Assembly: GCF_021028975.2 (NCBI RefSeq)
Contig: NC_059431.1
Location: 46,934,001-46,998,000, forward strand
Source of the DNA: Sphaerodactylus townsendi
Lineage: Eukaryota
DNA length: 64,000 nt
Direction of reading: 5' to 3'
The notes beneath the pieces were generated by a model. It made no database searches and had not been told where the DNA came from. It worked only from the letters and a program-made list of their open reading frames with translations. Shown here piece by piece: positions 39,088 to 51,990 of the stretch; the stretch's first letter is position 1, and each line of letters begins with the position of its first letter. The position numbers were made by a program, and so were the translations under genes.

Positions 39088-39171
39088 TTAAGAGGATGCT
39101 GCTACTGACAGTTTCTTGTCTAGTTCCAAAGTTCGAACATCTCCATTAGCTTTGGCATTCCCTATAAGAGC
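39088..39171 (-). CDS. SKIC3: SKIC3 last coding exon
   Basis: CAG acceptor; ALIGNAKANGDVRTLELDKKLSVAASS-TAA; resembles the human C-terminus [24 protein letters not shown] (recalled). Confidence 0.9.
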   Translation of the reverse strand, partial: ALIGNAKANGDVRTLELDKKLSVAASS

Positions 39172-40377
39172 CTGCAGAGAAATGGGAAGGTAAAGGGTAA
39201 GTTACTCGTAATACTTAAATAAATTAAGTTCACTCATATTTTTTCTGCAAAGACATAAGCTAAACACTGAAATTAAAACAATCATGTGGCTTATTCCTTC
39301 AGACAGCAGAGGAGGTGTGCTCTTTGCCAAGGCTTTGGTTCTTGCACACCCTGCTTTTCACTCTTACTATTTTATTCTCCATATTTGGAACTTGTCAGTA
39401 CTACGCGCCACTGTCCAGTACAGAGAAGTAAAACATACAGTGGTTGGAACTGATGGTAAACATGTACGTATGGATGCCTGACAGTTTTTCCAGCATATCT
39501 CTTCATCCTTCAAATGACAGAATATTTTCCCCTGCTCACAACTCAAGTAATCCACAGATAGCGTGTGCAATATTTCTTTTGGAGAACAGAATAAGTATAA
39601 TACTGAAGACACTTCTGATAGCTCTATAAGCACACTTTTCCTTGGGAATATTATTGAAATGCTCAGTAATACTTATGCTTAAGTAAAACCAGATCAGTTT
39701 TACAGTGCTCTTTAACAACTTGCCAATTGTTTATTTTTGGCACTCATGTACCCAGTTTAACTCTCAATGGTTCACACTACAAATTAATATTTATAGAAAC
39801 ATAACTTTCTACAGCATCAACTTTACAATGGAATTTTGCTTTGAACATTTTTTAAAATGATGTACATAAACCTTCAATTATCAGGCTGAGTTATTCTCCC
39901 TATGGTTTTTGTGTGTTTCTGTTTTTACTTTTTGTTAATTTTCTTGCTAACATAAATGGCAAGACATTATTAACATATATTGATTCTAGTATACTCTAGT
40001 TAAACACATTTTAGCTGTATTTATGCTGAAAAACACAGGGTGGTATATATGGTTAAAATACAAATTACAAAACAAAATTTAAGACAAATAAACACCAAAA
40101 TCATTACTATAAGTATACTCCAAATATTATTATAAGACTACTCCACTTCTACCAAGGGTGGCAAGCACTTGAACATACTAAACTTGAGTCAAAGCTGTAT
40201 CAAGGTATATTTTAGCTAGTTGTGGCACAACCACTGCAAAAGTTTTCTCCCAAATGCCAGCAGGCAACAGAGCTTCCTGAACACTCAGATTTCATGTACT
40301 GATCTTAAACAATAAAAAAATTACATGTACTTTTGAGCTATCTATTTCAGAGGTAAAACTCAAAAGTGTGTCCTTAC

Positions 40378-40501
40378 ATCGATTAATTCATAATCATCTT
40401 TGGCGTATAAATGTCTCAGGAGATACCATCGAGCAACTGACACTACAGTTTCTGGATACCTCAGTTGATAGACCACCCTTTCTAGCATGCGACGAGTTTC
40501 C
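40378..40501 (-). CDS. SKIC3: SKIC3 penultimate coding exon
   Basis: TAG / GTAAGG; [41 protein letters not shown]; 124 nt. Confidence 0.96.
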
Positions 40502-41218
40502 CTACAAAGGAAACAGAAACACAGTAGTCATAATACATAATAAGAAAACTAGGGTGAGATTTTGGACCATTATTAAGGGTTCAAATTGTGGTTTTCAATT
40601 TCAAAAAGATGCTCTTTACATTGGTATAGCAAGTTTTCAATTGAATGGGAGGTACTCCCAGGAAAAGAAACTAGCAGAAAACAGTCTTCTACTGGCATGT
40701 GATACTATGCAAACTCTATGCAAAAGAAAATACTGAACTCCTCTACACCTATGCAAATGTTATGCAAAAGAAAACACTGAACTCCATGAGAAGGCAGATT
40801 AAATGCTCAGAGGCAGTCTAAGGGAGTCTTGATCAACTATAGCAGATTTCTGGAATAGAATCCAAATTTATATGTGAGAACGTATGCAGTTTCCATTCTG
40901 AAAGAGGTCAATTACAGCTAAGTTTGTAAAGCACGTCCTCTTTGACAGTGGGGACAACTGCACTGAAAACTAGAGCAGCAAGAAAGGCATTGTTTACTTA
41001 TTCACACAGAGATCCTGTCTTTAAATCTTGGCTGCGATTATTTTTTTGTTGATATGGGGCAATTATGTATTTATAGAAAATATCTGTAGAAGAAACACGA
41101 CGTATTTTATTTTTATGGGTTAGCTTAGTATTAAATACAAGTAAATTTTATAAAGTTTACCACACACATACTGAGAACTTTCAAAGTTTTTCCAAGTGCT
41201 CAGAGGCACCGTCTAGCT

Positions 41219-41896
41219 CAGGGGTCGGGAACCTGTGGCTCGCGAGCTGCATGCGGCTCTTCCGCCGCTGTTCTGCGGCTCCATGAGCTGAGCCGCGGGG
41301 CCCATCTTCACCCGCCCTGCAAGCAGCAGGGCGGGCGCATCCCTCGCCCGCGGCCGGCCAGGCCAGGCTTTGCTTCCTGCCCGCCTCGCTCATTGCGAGG
41401 CGGGTGCTCTCCTGGCGGCCGGCCAGGCCGAGCCGCCGGACCCCTCTTCAACCCGCCCTGCAAAGAGCAGGGCGGGCGCATCAGTTGCCCAGCGGCCGGC
41501 CAGGCCGAGCCGCCGGGCCTTTCTTCAACCCGCCATGCAAGGAGGAGGGCAGGCGCATCAGTTGCCCGGCGGCCAGCCAGGCCGAGCCGCCGGGCCCCTC
41601 TTCAACCCGCCCTGCAAAGAGCAGGGTGGGCGCATCAGTTGCCACCGGGCCCCTCTTCAACCCGCCCTGCAAGGAGCAGGGCGGGCGCATGCCGCACTGC
41701 GGGCTTTGTCTCCTGCCCTTCCGGCGGCCTGCCAGGCCGAGCCGCCGGGCCCATCTACGCCTGCCCTGCAGGCGGGGGTGTGAGCGGGAGGGGGCCCGAG
41801 CGAGCAAGTGGGCGGGGGGCGTGCGACCGAGTGGGGGGGTGAGCGGGGGAGGGTGAGCCAAATGGCTCTTTGAGGGGAAAAGGTTCCCGACCCCTG
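41219..41896. mobile_element. hAT MITE with internal 77-bp GC-rich tandem array
   Basis: Perfect 16-bp TIR CAGGGGTCGGGAACCT / AGGTTCCCGACCCCTG; perfect 8-bp TSD GTCTAGCT; units start at 41414, 41491 and 41568. Confidence 0.92.
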
Positions 41897-42247
41897 GTCT
41901 AGCTTCTCAAGCCTTTAAAATGAGATGTAAACTGGTCCTGTCTTTCACCTTGGAGGATTTTCCACCAAGGTTGAGCTTTTGTGCCTGTTCTGCTGTACTA
42001 CCTGGCTGCTCGGGCCTTTAGTGGAAGCTGCAACCACTATTGTTTTATTGATAACTGTTTGTATTCTTATTTGTTAGCTGGCTCAGGTTGCATTTGTTAG
42101 CTTGCTTGAATATTCTTTTCAAACAAAAAGATAGGATATAAATAAACTAACTTTTCTGAAGTAGATGATTCCAGGATTTGTTTCATTAAATATATTTTAT
42201 TACATCCCATGAATAGATGATACATCACATATAAACAAATAACATAC

Positions 42248-42378
42248 CTTGACCCCTTTTTGCAACTGTACTGTAGTAGCGCTTGAAAAAGAACAGCCAC
42301 TGGACACAAGGAAAGTTTCAAGGCTTCCGTTGTGGCTTCTTGAATCAAAGATGGCCAATGATCATTTGAAACATTAGC
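42248..42378 (-). CDS. SKIC3: SKIC3 exon
   Basis: AAG / GTATGT; [44 protein letters not shown]; 131 nt. Confidence 0.95.
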
Positions 42379-42699
42379 CTTCAAGACATAAACAACATTT
42401 AAATCAATATGTCATAATCATAAATGGTTCAGTTATGATTTGACATGACAGAATACATACCCAAAACATTACTAATTATTTTGAAAAAACACTAAGAATT
42501 TATTGTGTAATGAACCACTTTCTAGATCCCTTGATAGAAGGGAAATAAAAGAGCCAAGATTATTAACTGTCCCAAAAGTGGCTTTTGGCAAATTTGCATA
42601 ATCCAAGAAGAATGTCTTGATTTGAAAAGATTATGATCTCAGGTCAAATGCCTTAGTGGCATCTACCCTTCTCCAACTCATTTACCAATTAGAGTTAAA

Positions 42700-43200
42700 T
42701 TCATTCATTCATTCATTCTACTCCCCCACCCCCGAAAGGTTCTGGGCGGTATACAAGAATAGAACAATTAAAATCATAATTAACAATTAAAAACAATAGA
42801 AATTTAAAATACAAATAGCAAACCAGCAAAGCGAAGACCTAACACTGGATGGCAACCCAGAAAATCTCAAACCCAATGGGAGGTGGCCAGGCACAACAAA
42901 TAGCGGCCATTGAGATGGTATATATATATGGGGGGCGGGATAGTGTGGGAGGCAATCAGCAGCCGGCCCCTCCCCAAAACCCCAGTGGAACAACTCTGTT
43001 TTGCAGGCCCTGCGGAACTGTCCAAGGTCCCACAGGGCCCTAACAGCTGGAGGGAGAGTGTTCCACCAGGCAGGGGCCAGGACTGTAAAGGCTCTGGCCC
43101 GGGTAGAGGCCAGCCACATCACTGAGGGGCTGGGGACCACCAGTAGATGTGCTTCTGCAGTAGGAACATATGGGGAGAGATGGTCCCTAAGGTATTCAAA
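42700..43200 (-). mobile_element. L2-like LINE 3' fragment
   Basis: HLLVVPSP...STRARAFTVLAPAWWNTLPPAVR...FRRACKTELF is the typical L2 ORF2 C-terminus; (GAAT)n tail. Confidence 0.8.
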
Positions 43201-43749
43201 TGAATGAAATATGCTCAATAAGCAATTCTGACATCCACTGACACAGTTGAATACATTTCTCTTGGTTCCAATGGAATGGCTAAAAAGTATATCAATAACT
43301 AGTTCAGGGCTACTCATGATTTATCAACCTTTAGTTAGTTGGAATGATGGAAAACCAAAATCTGCTCATCCAATTAATACTCTGAAATGACAACGTGCAG
43401 TGCCTACCTCAGGCAATGGTGAGAAAAGATTCTTATCTTAATGGCACAAGCTCTGTATCAATTTGTTAGAGCAGAATCCTTTTTTTCTCTTCACAATTAT
43501 GAATGAGATTTGAAAATTTTTGGTAATGCTTATCTAGCTAACTAATGCAATTATTATCAAAGCACATTTACTATACAATTGATCAGCATAAATTACCCTT
43601 TCCGTACAATTTATGTGGACAAAACATCTCATGCAGACATTTTCTTTGATTGAACTTGTAATCAAATAATGAGAAACACGGTATTACATTTTAAACTGCG
43701 ATTACAGCAATCAGCTCAGTTCCTCACTTAATAGCTTAAATTTTCCTAC

Positions 43750-43902
43750 CATGCAGACTTCCAGAGCAAGTTTAGCAAGTCTTAGCAGACTAGAGAGCTT
43801 TCCACTCCAGCTGCTTTGCTGGGATGCCAGTTGCAGACTTTTTCGGTAACACATCTCTGCAGCCACCATCATTCTTTGAGACTGATACACTTGTGCCAAC
43901 CA
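43750..43902 (-). CDS. SKIC3: SKIC3 exon
   Basis: CAG / GTAGGA; [51 protein letters not shown]; 153 nt. Confidence 0.96.
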
Positions 43903-44981
43903 CTGTAGAAAACAACCCAAAACAAAAGTTGACTGCATTCCATTTTAATTTTGTTCTTGCATACTCAGTTCCTGGTACACTGGTAACAGTCATGATTATT
44001 TTTACAGTCAGCAAAACACCAATGCAAGCATCTGCAGAAAAGTCCCACTGTTCTTTAGTTCTACAGAAGTCTCAAGAGTGCACTAGATTTTGGTGAAAAG
44101 GCAAGGAATCTGAAAGCCAAGACTGAAAAAGTAAACCGTGTTAGTCGAAATTACTGGATGGCTCCCACCCTATCCCTCTGAATAAGTTGCACTGTGGATA
44201 AAAAGAGAATAATAAACCCTGCTTTATGAAACTATGTTTTAGTAATAATTTTGTTTAACTTTGTAAATAGTTATCCTGTTTTATGCCATTAAAGGTTTTT
44301 GGAATTTGGATATAGACCAGTATTTTCCACTGTCTTTCTGGTATCCACAACACAGTAAAGTTGGTTTCCTTAACCACTTATAAGGATGTTAACAGGAGTC
44401 TGAGCAGCTAAAATGTTTTCAACATCAGAGGAATAAAAAGAGAAAGAAACGGACACAGCTTTAAAAGATAGGCCAGATGCTCTAGATATGCCTACATCTA
44501 TCACATTAAATTTGTTAAGCAAAGTTATGTAATAAGACTGCCTATCAATGATGAAGCAGGAACAGTGGAATTTTGTCCTGCGTTAGTTCGGTATACAGTT
44601 CTCTTCTGAATGAGCCCACTCACTGTTTATGGCTCAGTTATTGGTATTACTAGTAATAAAATGTGAAGATTTGCAATAAAGAAAAAAAGTTTAAGGCATG
44701 GAAATTCTGAAATGATACAGAAGGTACAGATTCATGCCCTAAAGCTCTCGTTTGCTTGAAATGCTGAAGCAATGGCACAGTGATAGCATATTTTTTTCCA
44801 GTGTAGTCTTGAGCCATTGATGTTTAAAACATTTCTGCTTTAAGGTACTGAAATAAAAAACCACATCTCCTGGGCAAATTATCTAGTGCATTTATGTGCA
44901 CAAGAACACATCAAAAAGAGAAAGCAAGGATCTATTGGAAGAGACACCAGGAACTAATGTGGCGATACAGTTTATTTACAT

Positions 44982-45590
44982 ACTGGCAGTAAAGCCTGCT
45001 ATAGGGTAAGAAATACAGCGGGCCTAGATAGGGCTGGGGATGAGGGCAGGTAGGGGAGGGCTTGCTGGGAAGACTCGCTGAGGGTTTGGGGGGAGGGCAA
45101 CAGGACCAAGGCGCTGCTGCCCTGGAGGGTGGGGAAACCTGGGAGTGCTCGCTGGGGGTGCGGGGAGGGCAACAGGACTCCTGCCGTCCTGAAGCAGCGG
45201 AACCAAAATTCTGCTGCCCCGGGGTGGGGACCCAGGAGGGCTTTCTGGGGGAAGAGGGGGAGGGCAACAGGGCTCGTGCTACTGCTCCTGGGAGGGAAAA
45301 ACCCAGGAAGGCTTGCCAGGGGTTGGGTGGGGGGCAACAAGGCTCATGCCGCCCCAGAGCAACAGCACCAAAGCGCTGCTGTGCTGGCGTGGGGATGGAA
45401 TGTCCGACAATGAACCCTCCTCCCACAAAGCAGCAGGACTCACTTTGTGATAAAAAGCGCTAAGGGATGGAATGTACGACGACTGACCTTCCTTTCATAA
45501 GGGAGCAGGACTCATTTTGTGAGTCCCGCTCCCTTATTGGTGGAGGATTTGTTGTTGGACATTCCATCCTTTAGCACTTTATTATTGGTA
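44982..45590 (-). mobile_element. Possible non-autonomous Helitron
   Basis: Hairpin GCCTGCTATA...TACAGCGGGC lies ~10 bp from a CTAG-like end (CCAG|T on the minus strand); internal direct and inverted repeats; no TIR or TSD. Confidence 0.4.
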
Positions 45591-46495
45591 AAAATTAAAA
45601 TAGTGCTATTTACATAGCATCGCAAAAGAGAAAGCAGGCATTCATGGGCCAGAGACCTCAAACCTCATCATAGATGCAGGAATAGCCAATGACACAGAAA
45701 AATACAGTCAGCGGAGATGCTTATCTACTGCCTTTTTTTGCTAGTTTCACAGAAGTACACATATTTCAGAGAACTGCCTGTTCATGTTCAAGTCATTTTA
45801 TGGTACATTACCTTATTTGCTTCGTGTCAGTACTAGACCCAACTATAAAATGCAGTTCACACTGGCATTATGCAACTTATCTTCTTCCTTAGTCATCTAC
45901 AATTTTTAGTAACCTTTTCCTTCCTGGTTTGCACTTTAGATGCAATGCATTTTGTTCACTGTGATCTCCTTGTGACCAACTGCAGTATGGGGAACTTCAT
46001 TTTATTTAGTTTGTTTTTTCACCTAGCCTATCCCTAGCGATCTCATAATGGTATGGTATGGTAATTTAATTTCTATACCGCCCTCCCCCAAAGGGCTCAG
46101 GGCGGTGTACAACACACATAATACAAACAACAACAAGCAGCATTACAATGGTAGGGTGAGGGGGAAGAGATTCGATAGTTCTGCAGGGGAGGATTATAAT
46201 GTGGAGTGTCCCAAATGACACTAGATGGTAGCTAAGCCTCTTCTAGCTTTAACAGTTTTATAACTTAACAATTTTCCTTACAAAAGGAAAAAATCACAGG
46301 GAGGGAGGGGGTACTGAGAGTTGGAAGACTTCTCCTGCCTGTCGTCTGCACGACTGATTAGTGATTTCAACTGAAATTAGCTCTAGATTATATTAGTATC
46401 ACATGACAACTCAACTCCCACCTTACTAGCTGCTATTATTACATGATATGAAGAACAGATGCTCAAAACCATGAGTAAACAATACTCATACTTAC

Positions 46496-46654
46496 ATGCC
46501 AAGCTGTAACTGAAGTAGAGTTGGACATTACGGCCTTTCGAAGCTCTTCCAAGATGGCATCAGGAAGCTCTTTGTGAGATTGCAGAAGCGGTTTACTCTG
46601 AATTTGCCTTAAAAGCAAGTACAACGCTGGTTGCTCAGGGAAACATTTTAACCC
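46496..46654 (-). CDS. SKIC3: SKIC3 exon
   Basis: TAG / GTAAGT; [53 protein letters not shown]; 159 nt. Confidence 0.95.
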
Positions 46655-47236
46655 CTAGAGGCAAATAAAATTAAAGTTTAACATAAGAAATAATTGGAAA
46701 GAGTGCCTCCATGTAAGTTTGTGAAATTATTAGGATCTTGACTATCACAAAAGGTTTTTGATGAGTGAGGAAACAAGGTCAATATATTCTAGAGGATCAG
46801 GAATTGGACATTCATCCATTTTGACACAGAATTTGCAATCACGTCCCAGGAGAATCTCATTTTGACTCAAAAGTGAAGTCATTGACAACAGCCCAAAACA
46901 CAGCCATGCACAAAACATACTTTTCAAAAGGACTTGATACATTTGCTCTCAAGTATCATTAGGTCTATTCATTAAAGATCAGTACCCCTTTGGCAACTAA
47001 TTAAAATATTTCAATACTTGTGATCATTTGAAGCAAATTCTGTTCATTTCCTTGGCCTTTTTTTTGGCCTACACAATTTTTTGAACGTAAACTTGAGCAA
47101 AGAACAAGTCAGAAATTTAAATATAAAGGCAAAAGTTTTATTCTTTCTGGAAATTTCTTACATTTTGACATCATGCCCAATGATGAAGAAGAAAACATAT
47201 GTTCAAATGAGGGAAAAACCGATATGCATGATCGCG

Positions 47237-47365
47237 NNNNNNNNNNNNNNNNNNNNNNNNNNNNNNNNNNNNNNNNNNNNNNNNNNNNNNNNNNNNNNNN
47301 NNNNNNNNNNNNNNNNNNNNNNNNNNNNNNNNNNNNNNNNNNNNNNNNNNNNNNNNNNNNNNNNN
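47237..47365. other. Assembly gap (N run)
   Basis: Run of N. Confidence 1.
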
Positions 47366-47696
47366 GATGCTGTGTGACAAGCAGTTCCAGCTCAAGTAGC
47401 GTAACTGGCCTGATTTTGGGAGGGTGTGGAGAAAGGAAGAGAACCTGTACTTTCCAAGATGCTGCACAAAGTTCTTTCTGATAGATTATAACATTCATTG
47501 GGCGCACAAGGCTGCCACCATTGCACATCTTTTGGCTCAAGTAGACAACAGAGATGTTGCACAGCAAAGTTAGCCATAGTGGCTAAAATTATAGCCATAA
47601 TTTTAATGCAGATAATCCTTCCTAATTGAGTGAGGAGGCTAAATTCTAATGATACTGAGAACTTATCTTTCTATAGTATCCTGCCTGCAACCATAC

Positions 47697-47818
47697 CTTT
47701 GTGCACAGAGCCTCTGCTTCCGAGGTTCTCCCGGAATCATTTAAGCCCGTAATAGCCTGGAAAAGAGACCATTCTTCAAGAGACTGTGCATGGGAAGCCG
47801 GAAAACTCTTTTCTTTAA
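47697..47818 (-). CDS. SKIC3: SKIC3 exon
   Basis: CAG / GTATGG; IKEKSFPASHAQSLEEWSLFQAITGLNDSGRTSEAEALCTK; 122 nt. Confidence 0.93.
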
Positions 47819-49108
47819 CTGGAAAAGATGCAAAGGGCATTATCATTCATATTGTACTTCATGTGCAGATCTCAATATCTTGACTGGGAGGAAGAAAGAG
47901 ATTTCAAATTACAGCAGCATTTCACATATTAATTCTTCAGCCTCTTGACAGCATGGTTGAGTATCAAGGGCAGATGGCAGTCATGATCTCCTCTCTTCTT
48001 TTCGGTTACAAACTACCCAAGCCCCTCAGGGACCACAAACTAGCTTCTGCATTCTGCTAAAACGAGCAATGCAAGTAAGGAAAGAGGAATAAAGTCTGCA
48101 TTTGTTGTACTGTGTTCAACCACGTTTCTTGGGGATTTGATGGAGATATGATTCTTTTGTAACAACGAATACCCAAGTGAAGGTTTTTCAGGATATTTTA
48201 TTCTTCACTTGTGCTCACATTCAACTGCCATGCAGACAACACACAGCCATGATGAAAGATTTTGGTCTGTAAGAGAAAAATCCTGAATGACTAGCAAAGT
48301 GACTGATGAGGCACTGGTGATGTATCTTGGGGCCACTACCAATCTTTACTGTTTGCTGACATAGGTTCTTACAAGGTATTTCTGTTACTGCAATGGGACA
48401 GCGATCTTTGTAATCAGTAGAAACACTTTAATAACATATAAAATAGACACAAAAGTCAATGTATTCTACTTGTTTATTGGCCACGAGGAACTGTATCAGG
48501 GCTAAGGGAGCCACCATGTGTCCTTAAAGAGATGTATCCTTGAAGCAGTAGTCCTGTTCTATATAAGCAGTAATAGAACCATTCTATAGGATGTAAGTGG
48601 AATGTGCCATTTTTGAGCGCTTCCTCATACTAGAATTCTTTAGAAGTTAAATGAAAACCATAATGCATAATGCATCAAGGAAAAAAAGGTCTAGCTTGGT
48701 CTACTCCCTGCTGTACAAGTACTCTACTTGCATGGCCAGTATTTTTGCATATGGAAAGCATTCAAAAATGTGACCCCCCCCCCTCCTGAAGCACAAAATG
48801 GTAGATAAAGACATAACAAGCCCAAGTATTATCCCATCCTTCATCAAAGTTTGAAAATTATCCTTAACAGACAGAAATAACTTTCCCCATATTTAAAACA
48901 AAATGTTCCAGAAACATGCTATCTAGCCGATAATGTACCACATGAATTGTCATTCTCAGTAATAATTTCAACTCATGGCTAAGAACCCAAAAGAAAATCT
49001 AAAGGTTTCCACTCAAAGCCATGAACTTGTAAGAGAAAAAATAAAACCTGAAACAAAACAAAAAACACCCACCAGACACAATGACTCCCGCCCCCCACAG
49101 AAGCTTAC

Positions 49109-49237
49109 TTTTTGCTGAAATGGTGGCTACAAACATCTTTTCCAGATTTGTCCTCTTGGGATGTGTATTATGCAGACATACTATTGTATTTTCGGCATGA
49201 CAGGCAGCCAGAAGCACTGCCCAAGCAGCAGGATCAT
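49109..49237 (-). CDS. SKIC3: SKIC3 exon
   Basis: CAG / GTAAGC; DDPAAWAVLLAACHAENTIVCLHNTHPKRTNLEKMFVATISAK; 129 nt. Confidence 0.93.
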
Positions 49238-50565
49238 CTGGAAGAAATATAAAGCAGTTGGCTTTTCCAAGGTACTTCAGCTACACAAATGAACATTGCC
49301 AGCAATGCACGGTGATTAATCCATAAAGCTTTTAAAAAATGAACAGACCCTCCCCGAATGGTTGTGTACTCCAGACCCTTAAAAACCCATACCAGAACCA
49401 CATTACAGAACCAGTTCAGTAAGAGAATAAGCATTGCAATGATGCTAAATACAGGAACTAGATACAGGCACAATTTGAAAGCTTAGCAAAAGTTGGTCTA
49501 TTTCATATCATCCCCACTGGGATTCACAAATGCACGTAAGAAATTTCAGAGTCTTGTAACCAGGGCTGTTCTTTCACTGTTAAGAACAGAGTTACTCACA
49601 AACATTCTACCTCAGTATTCAAGTGTCAGTACTCTAACAGTAATATAAAATGTAGAACTGCAGAGCAAGTTATGAACATCGCTCAGCATTTGGATTTCAA
49701 TTTTTATATCATACATTCATCACTAAAGGCTTATGCCAAGTTTTACCATTAAGAAATGACAAATAATAAATGAATGCCTATATTGCAACCCTTTTTCTCC
49801 CGATACTTTTGGTCAGTTTACATGGTTTGCCCAGGGGATTCAATACCACCACCACCACCTCTTCACACACTTTGCCTCCTCTACCCAAGCCAATCCCACT
49901 CTCATATTTATACCCAATGCATTTTCCAGTCTCGTCCAAGGATCTAGCCCTTCCCACTGGACCCCTGAGCCTCTCAATCAAGAGCAGCTTGGGGTGAGAA
50001 AATGTTTTTCTGTGATCTGTTTCTATATTTACAGCAACCAGAAATGTTTTCTGAAGGGCTACGAAAAGAATTCTTCACCCACGTGAGCCTCCTTCCTGAG
50101 CATGTTAAGAGTCCATTCTAGGACTCTGACTGCAACTTGCCCACTCTCTACCTTTCTGATTTGAGCTTCAGGGTTGGTTCCCTTCCCCCATCTAATTTTG
50201 AGCTTAGGGAAACATCAAAATATATACAGCTCAGAGGAGGGGGAAGCTGAAATTATTAAACACAGACTTATCATCTATGTTTAATAAATTGGGTTCTAGC
50301 CAATAGGTTATTTGCAAAGTTGAAGTTTACAAGAAGTATTTTCAGATACCAAAAGCACTGTTTGGGAGGTCCAGTGAACCTGTCACAATTCTCATCTGGT
50401 ACACAGAAGAAATGTTGGTAGATGGGCAAATTGCTTCTATTTCTTCAACTGCGATTGAGAAACGTATTATGAAAATTTCTGATGACTTTGTTTATAAGGA
50501 GGGAATGCCTACTTATACATTCATTTACACTTCAAAATAGTTTTCACAGCCCAGAATATCCAGAC

Positions 50566-50713
50566 CAGGGGTAGGGAACCTGCGGCTCTCCAGATGTTCA
50601 GGAACTACAATTCCCATCAGCCTCTGTCAGCATAGCCAATTGGCCATGCTGGTAGGGGCTGATGGGAATTGTAGTTCCTGAACATCTGGAGAGCCGCAGG
50701 TTCCCTACCCCTG
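50566..50713. mobile_element. Fully palindromic 148-bp hAT MITE
   Basis: CAGGGGTAGGGAACCTGCGGCTCTCCAGATGTTCAGGAACTACAATTCCCATCAGCC is a perfect inverted repeat; TSD ATCCAGAC on both sides. Confidence 0.93.
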
Positions 50714-50840
50714 ATCCAGACTGTCTTTGGAAAACTAATATATTATGCTACTTAGCCATTCCCTTGAATTCTGCTTAAAATTTCGAACTTAACACAAACA
50801 TTTTTTAAAAATTTACAAATAATAATAATTTAAAAATCAC

Positions 50841-50952
50841 CAGGAGAAAGATGTGCTGCCTTCTGGATATTCTTCAGTGCGTTATTCTTTACATCTTCAG
50901 CTGTGTGATAGCCTAACGCCAATTGATTAACTGCTGTATTCAACAAGGCTTT
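50841..50952 (-). CDS. SKIC3: SKIC3 exon
   Basis: TAG / GTGATT; [37 protein letters not shown]; 112 nt. Confidence 0.93.
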
Positions 50953-51051
50953 CTAAATGTGGGAATATACAAAATACAGGTGCTTTATTATTTTCTAATT
51001 AAAGTTATCCTTTTATATTCACCATGTCTTTTTAAGAGAGGCAATACTAAC

Positions 51052-51105
51052 CTTCCCATGGTTTAAACCAAGTATGTGAGCAATAGTTCCTGCCACAGCC
51101 CCACC
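51052..51105 (-). CDS. SKIC3: SKIC3 exon
   Basis: TAG / GTTAGT; GGAVAGTIAHILGLNHGK; 54 nt. Confidence 0.9.
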
Positions 51106-51229
51106 CTACAAAAAAAAATTCAGATTGTTAAAACTTTTTACTTGCAGAAAAAAAGTCACTAGGGGGGACATAATAGTGGATGCAGAACTGTTTCTTCATC
51201 TGCCATGACAGAATTTGTGAGGACCCAGT

Positions 51230-51990
51230 GAAACCAATGAGCAGCAGATTCGGCACAGACAAAAGGAACTCCTTCTTCACCGAAAAGGTGATTGGCTTGT
51301 GGAATCTGCAACTTTAGGATGGAGTGGCAGCCACTAATTTAATTGGTTAAATGGAATCTCAACACAGACAGCCCAATCCCGATGGGAGGGCTAGGAATTG
51401 GCTGCTGGGAGTTGGCAAAGAATTGCGCTAGTATGTTTGCCCACCCCACTGGCCTAAGGGGCACTAATGCTGGCAGGGAGGGCAAACAGGGAGGCTGGCA
51501 GGCACAGTGAAGCTAACCCTAACCCTGTACCCTGCAGAGCTGTGCCAGCCTAAACCTGGCAGCTGGTACAGTTGGGGGTGGGATAGGTCATTCTGGGGGG
51601 TGGAGCCAGCTTTAGTCAGCTTCCATCAGGCTTTCGAGCTGGGTGTGCCCACAGAATTGACCTCAGACTTATGTCCCCCCCCTCCAAAGGTGGTGTAAGT
51701 CCTTTTTGCATTCAGGCAGCTGTCAGTTTCCTGCTCCTCACTGGCTCTCCACAACTCCAGGGAGACCTCTGAAAGTGTTGCGGCAGTGCAGGAGAGGCAC
51801 CATCTTCAGACATCAGAGCCCTCTGGATTGGGCTGTTAGAGGCACTTGCCCTGTCAGCGATGGGAAACAGTAGGGCGCTTTGGCCCTGCTTCTAAGTTTC
51901 CTGGGGGTATCTGGTAGGTCACTTTACAAGCAGTATGTCACAGCAGATGGACTGTTGGTCTGAGTACCAGCACAGCTCTTGATACATTCT
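51230..51990 (+). mobile_element. Old CR1 3' fragment interrupted by a MITE (51369..51835, TIR CAGCCCAATCC)
   Basis: AGATTCGGCACAGACAAAAGGAACTCCTTCTTCACC...TGGAAT resembles the CR1 ORF2 end; the 3' UTR resumes after GGATTGGGCTG. Confidence 0.55.

Noticed and set aside
41181-41861. Multiple overlapping 120-150 aa ORFs; CRISPR-like hairpin repeats
   Set aside because: Stop-poor GC-rich tandem repeat inside a MITE; no unique spacers; eukaryotic context.
47081-47567. ORFs spanning N runs (also 4808..5068)
   Set aside because: Artefacts of assembly gaps.
48249-48310. C/D box snoRNA-like ATGATGA...CTGA
   Set aside because: Antisense to the host gene SKIC3, too short, with no convincing terminal stem or guide sequence.
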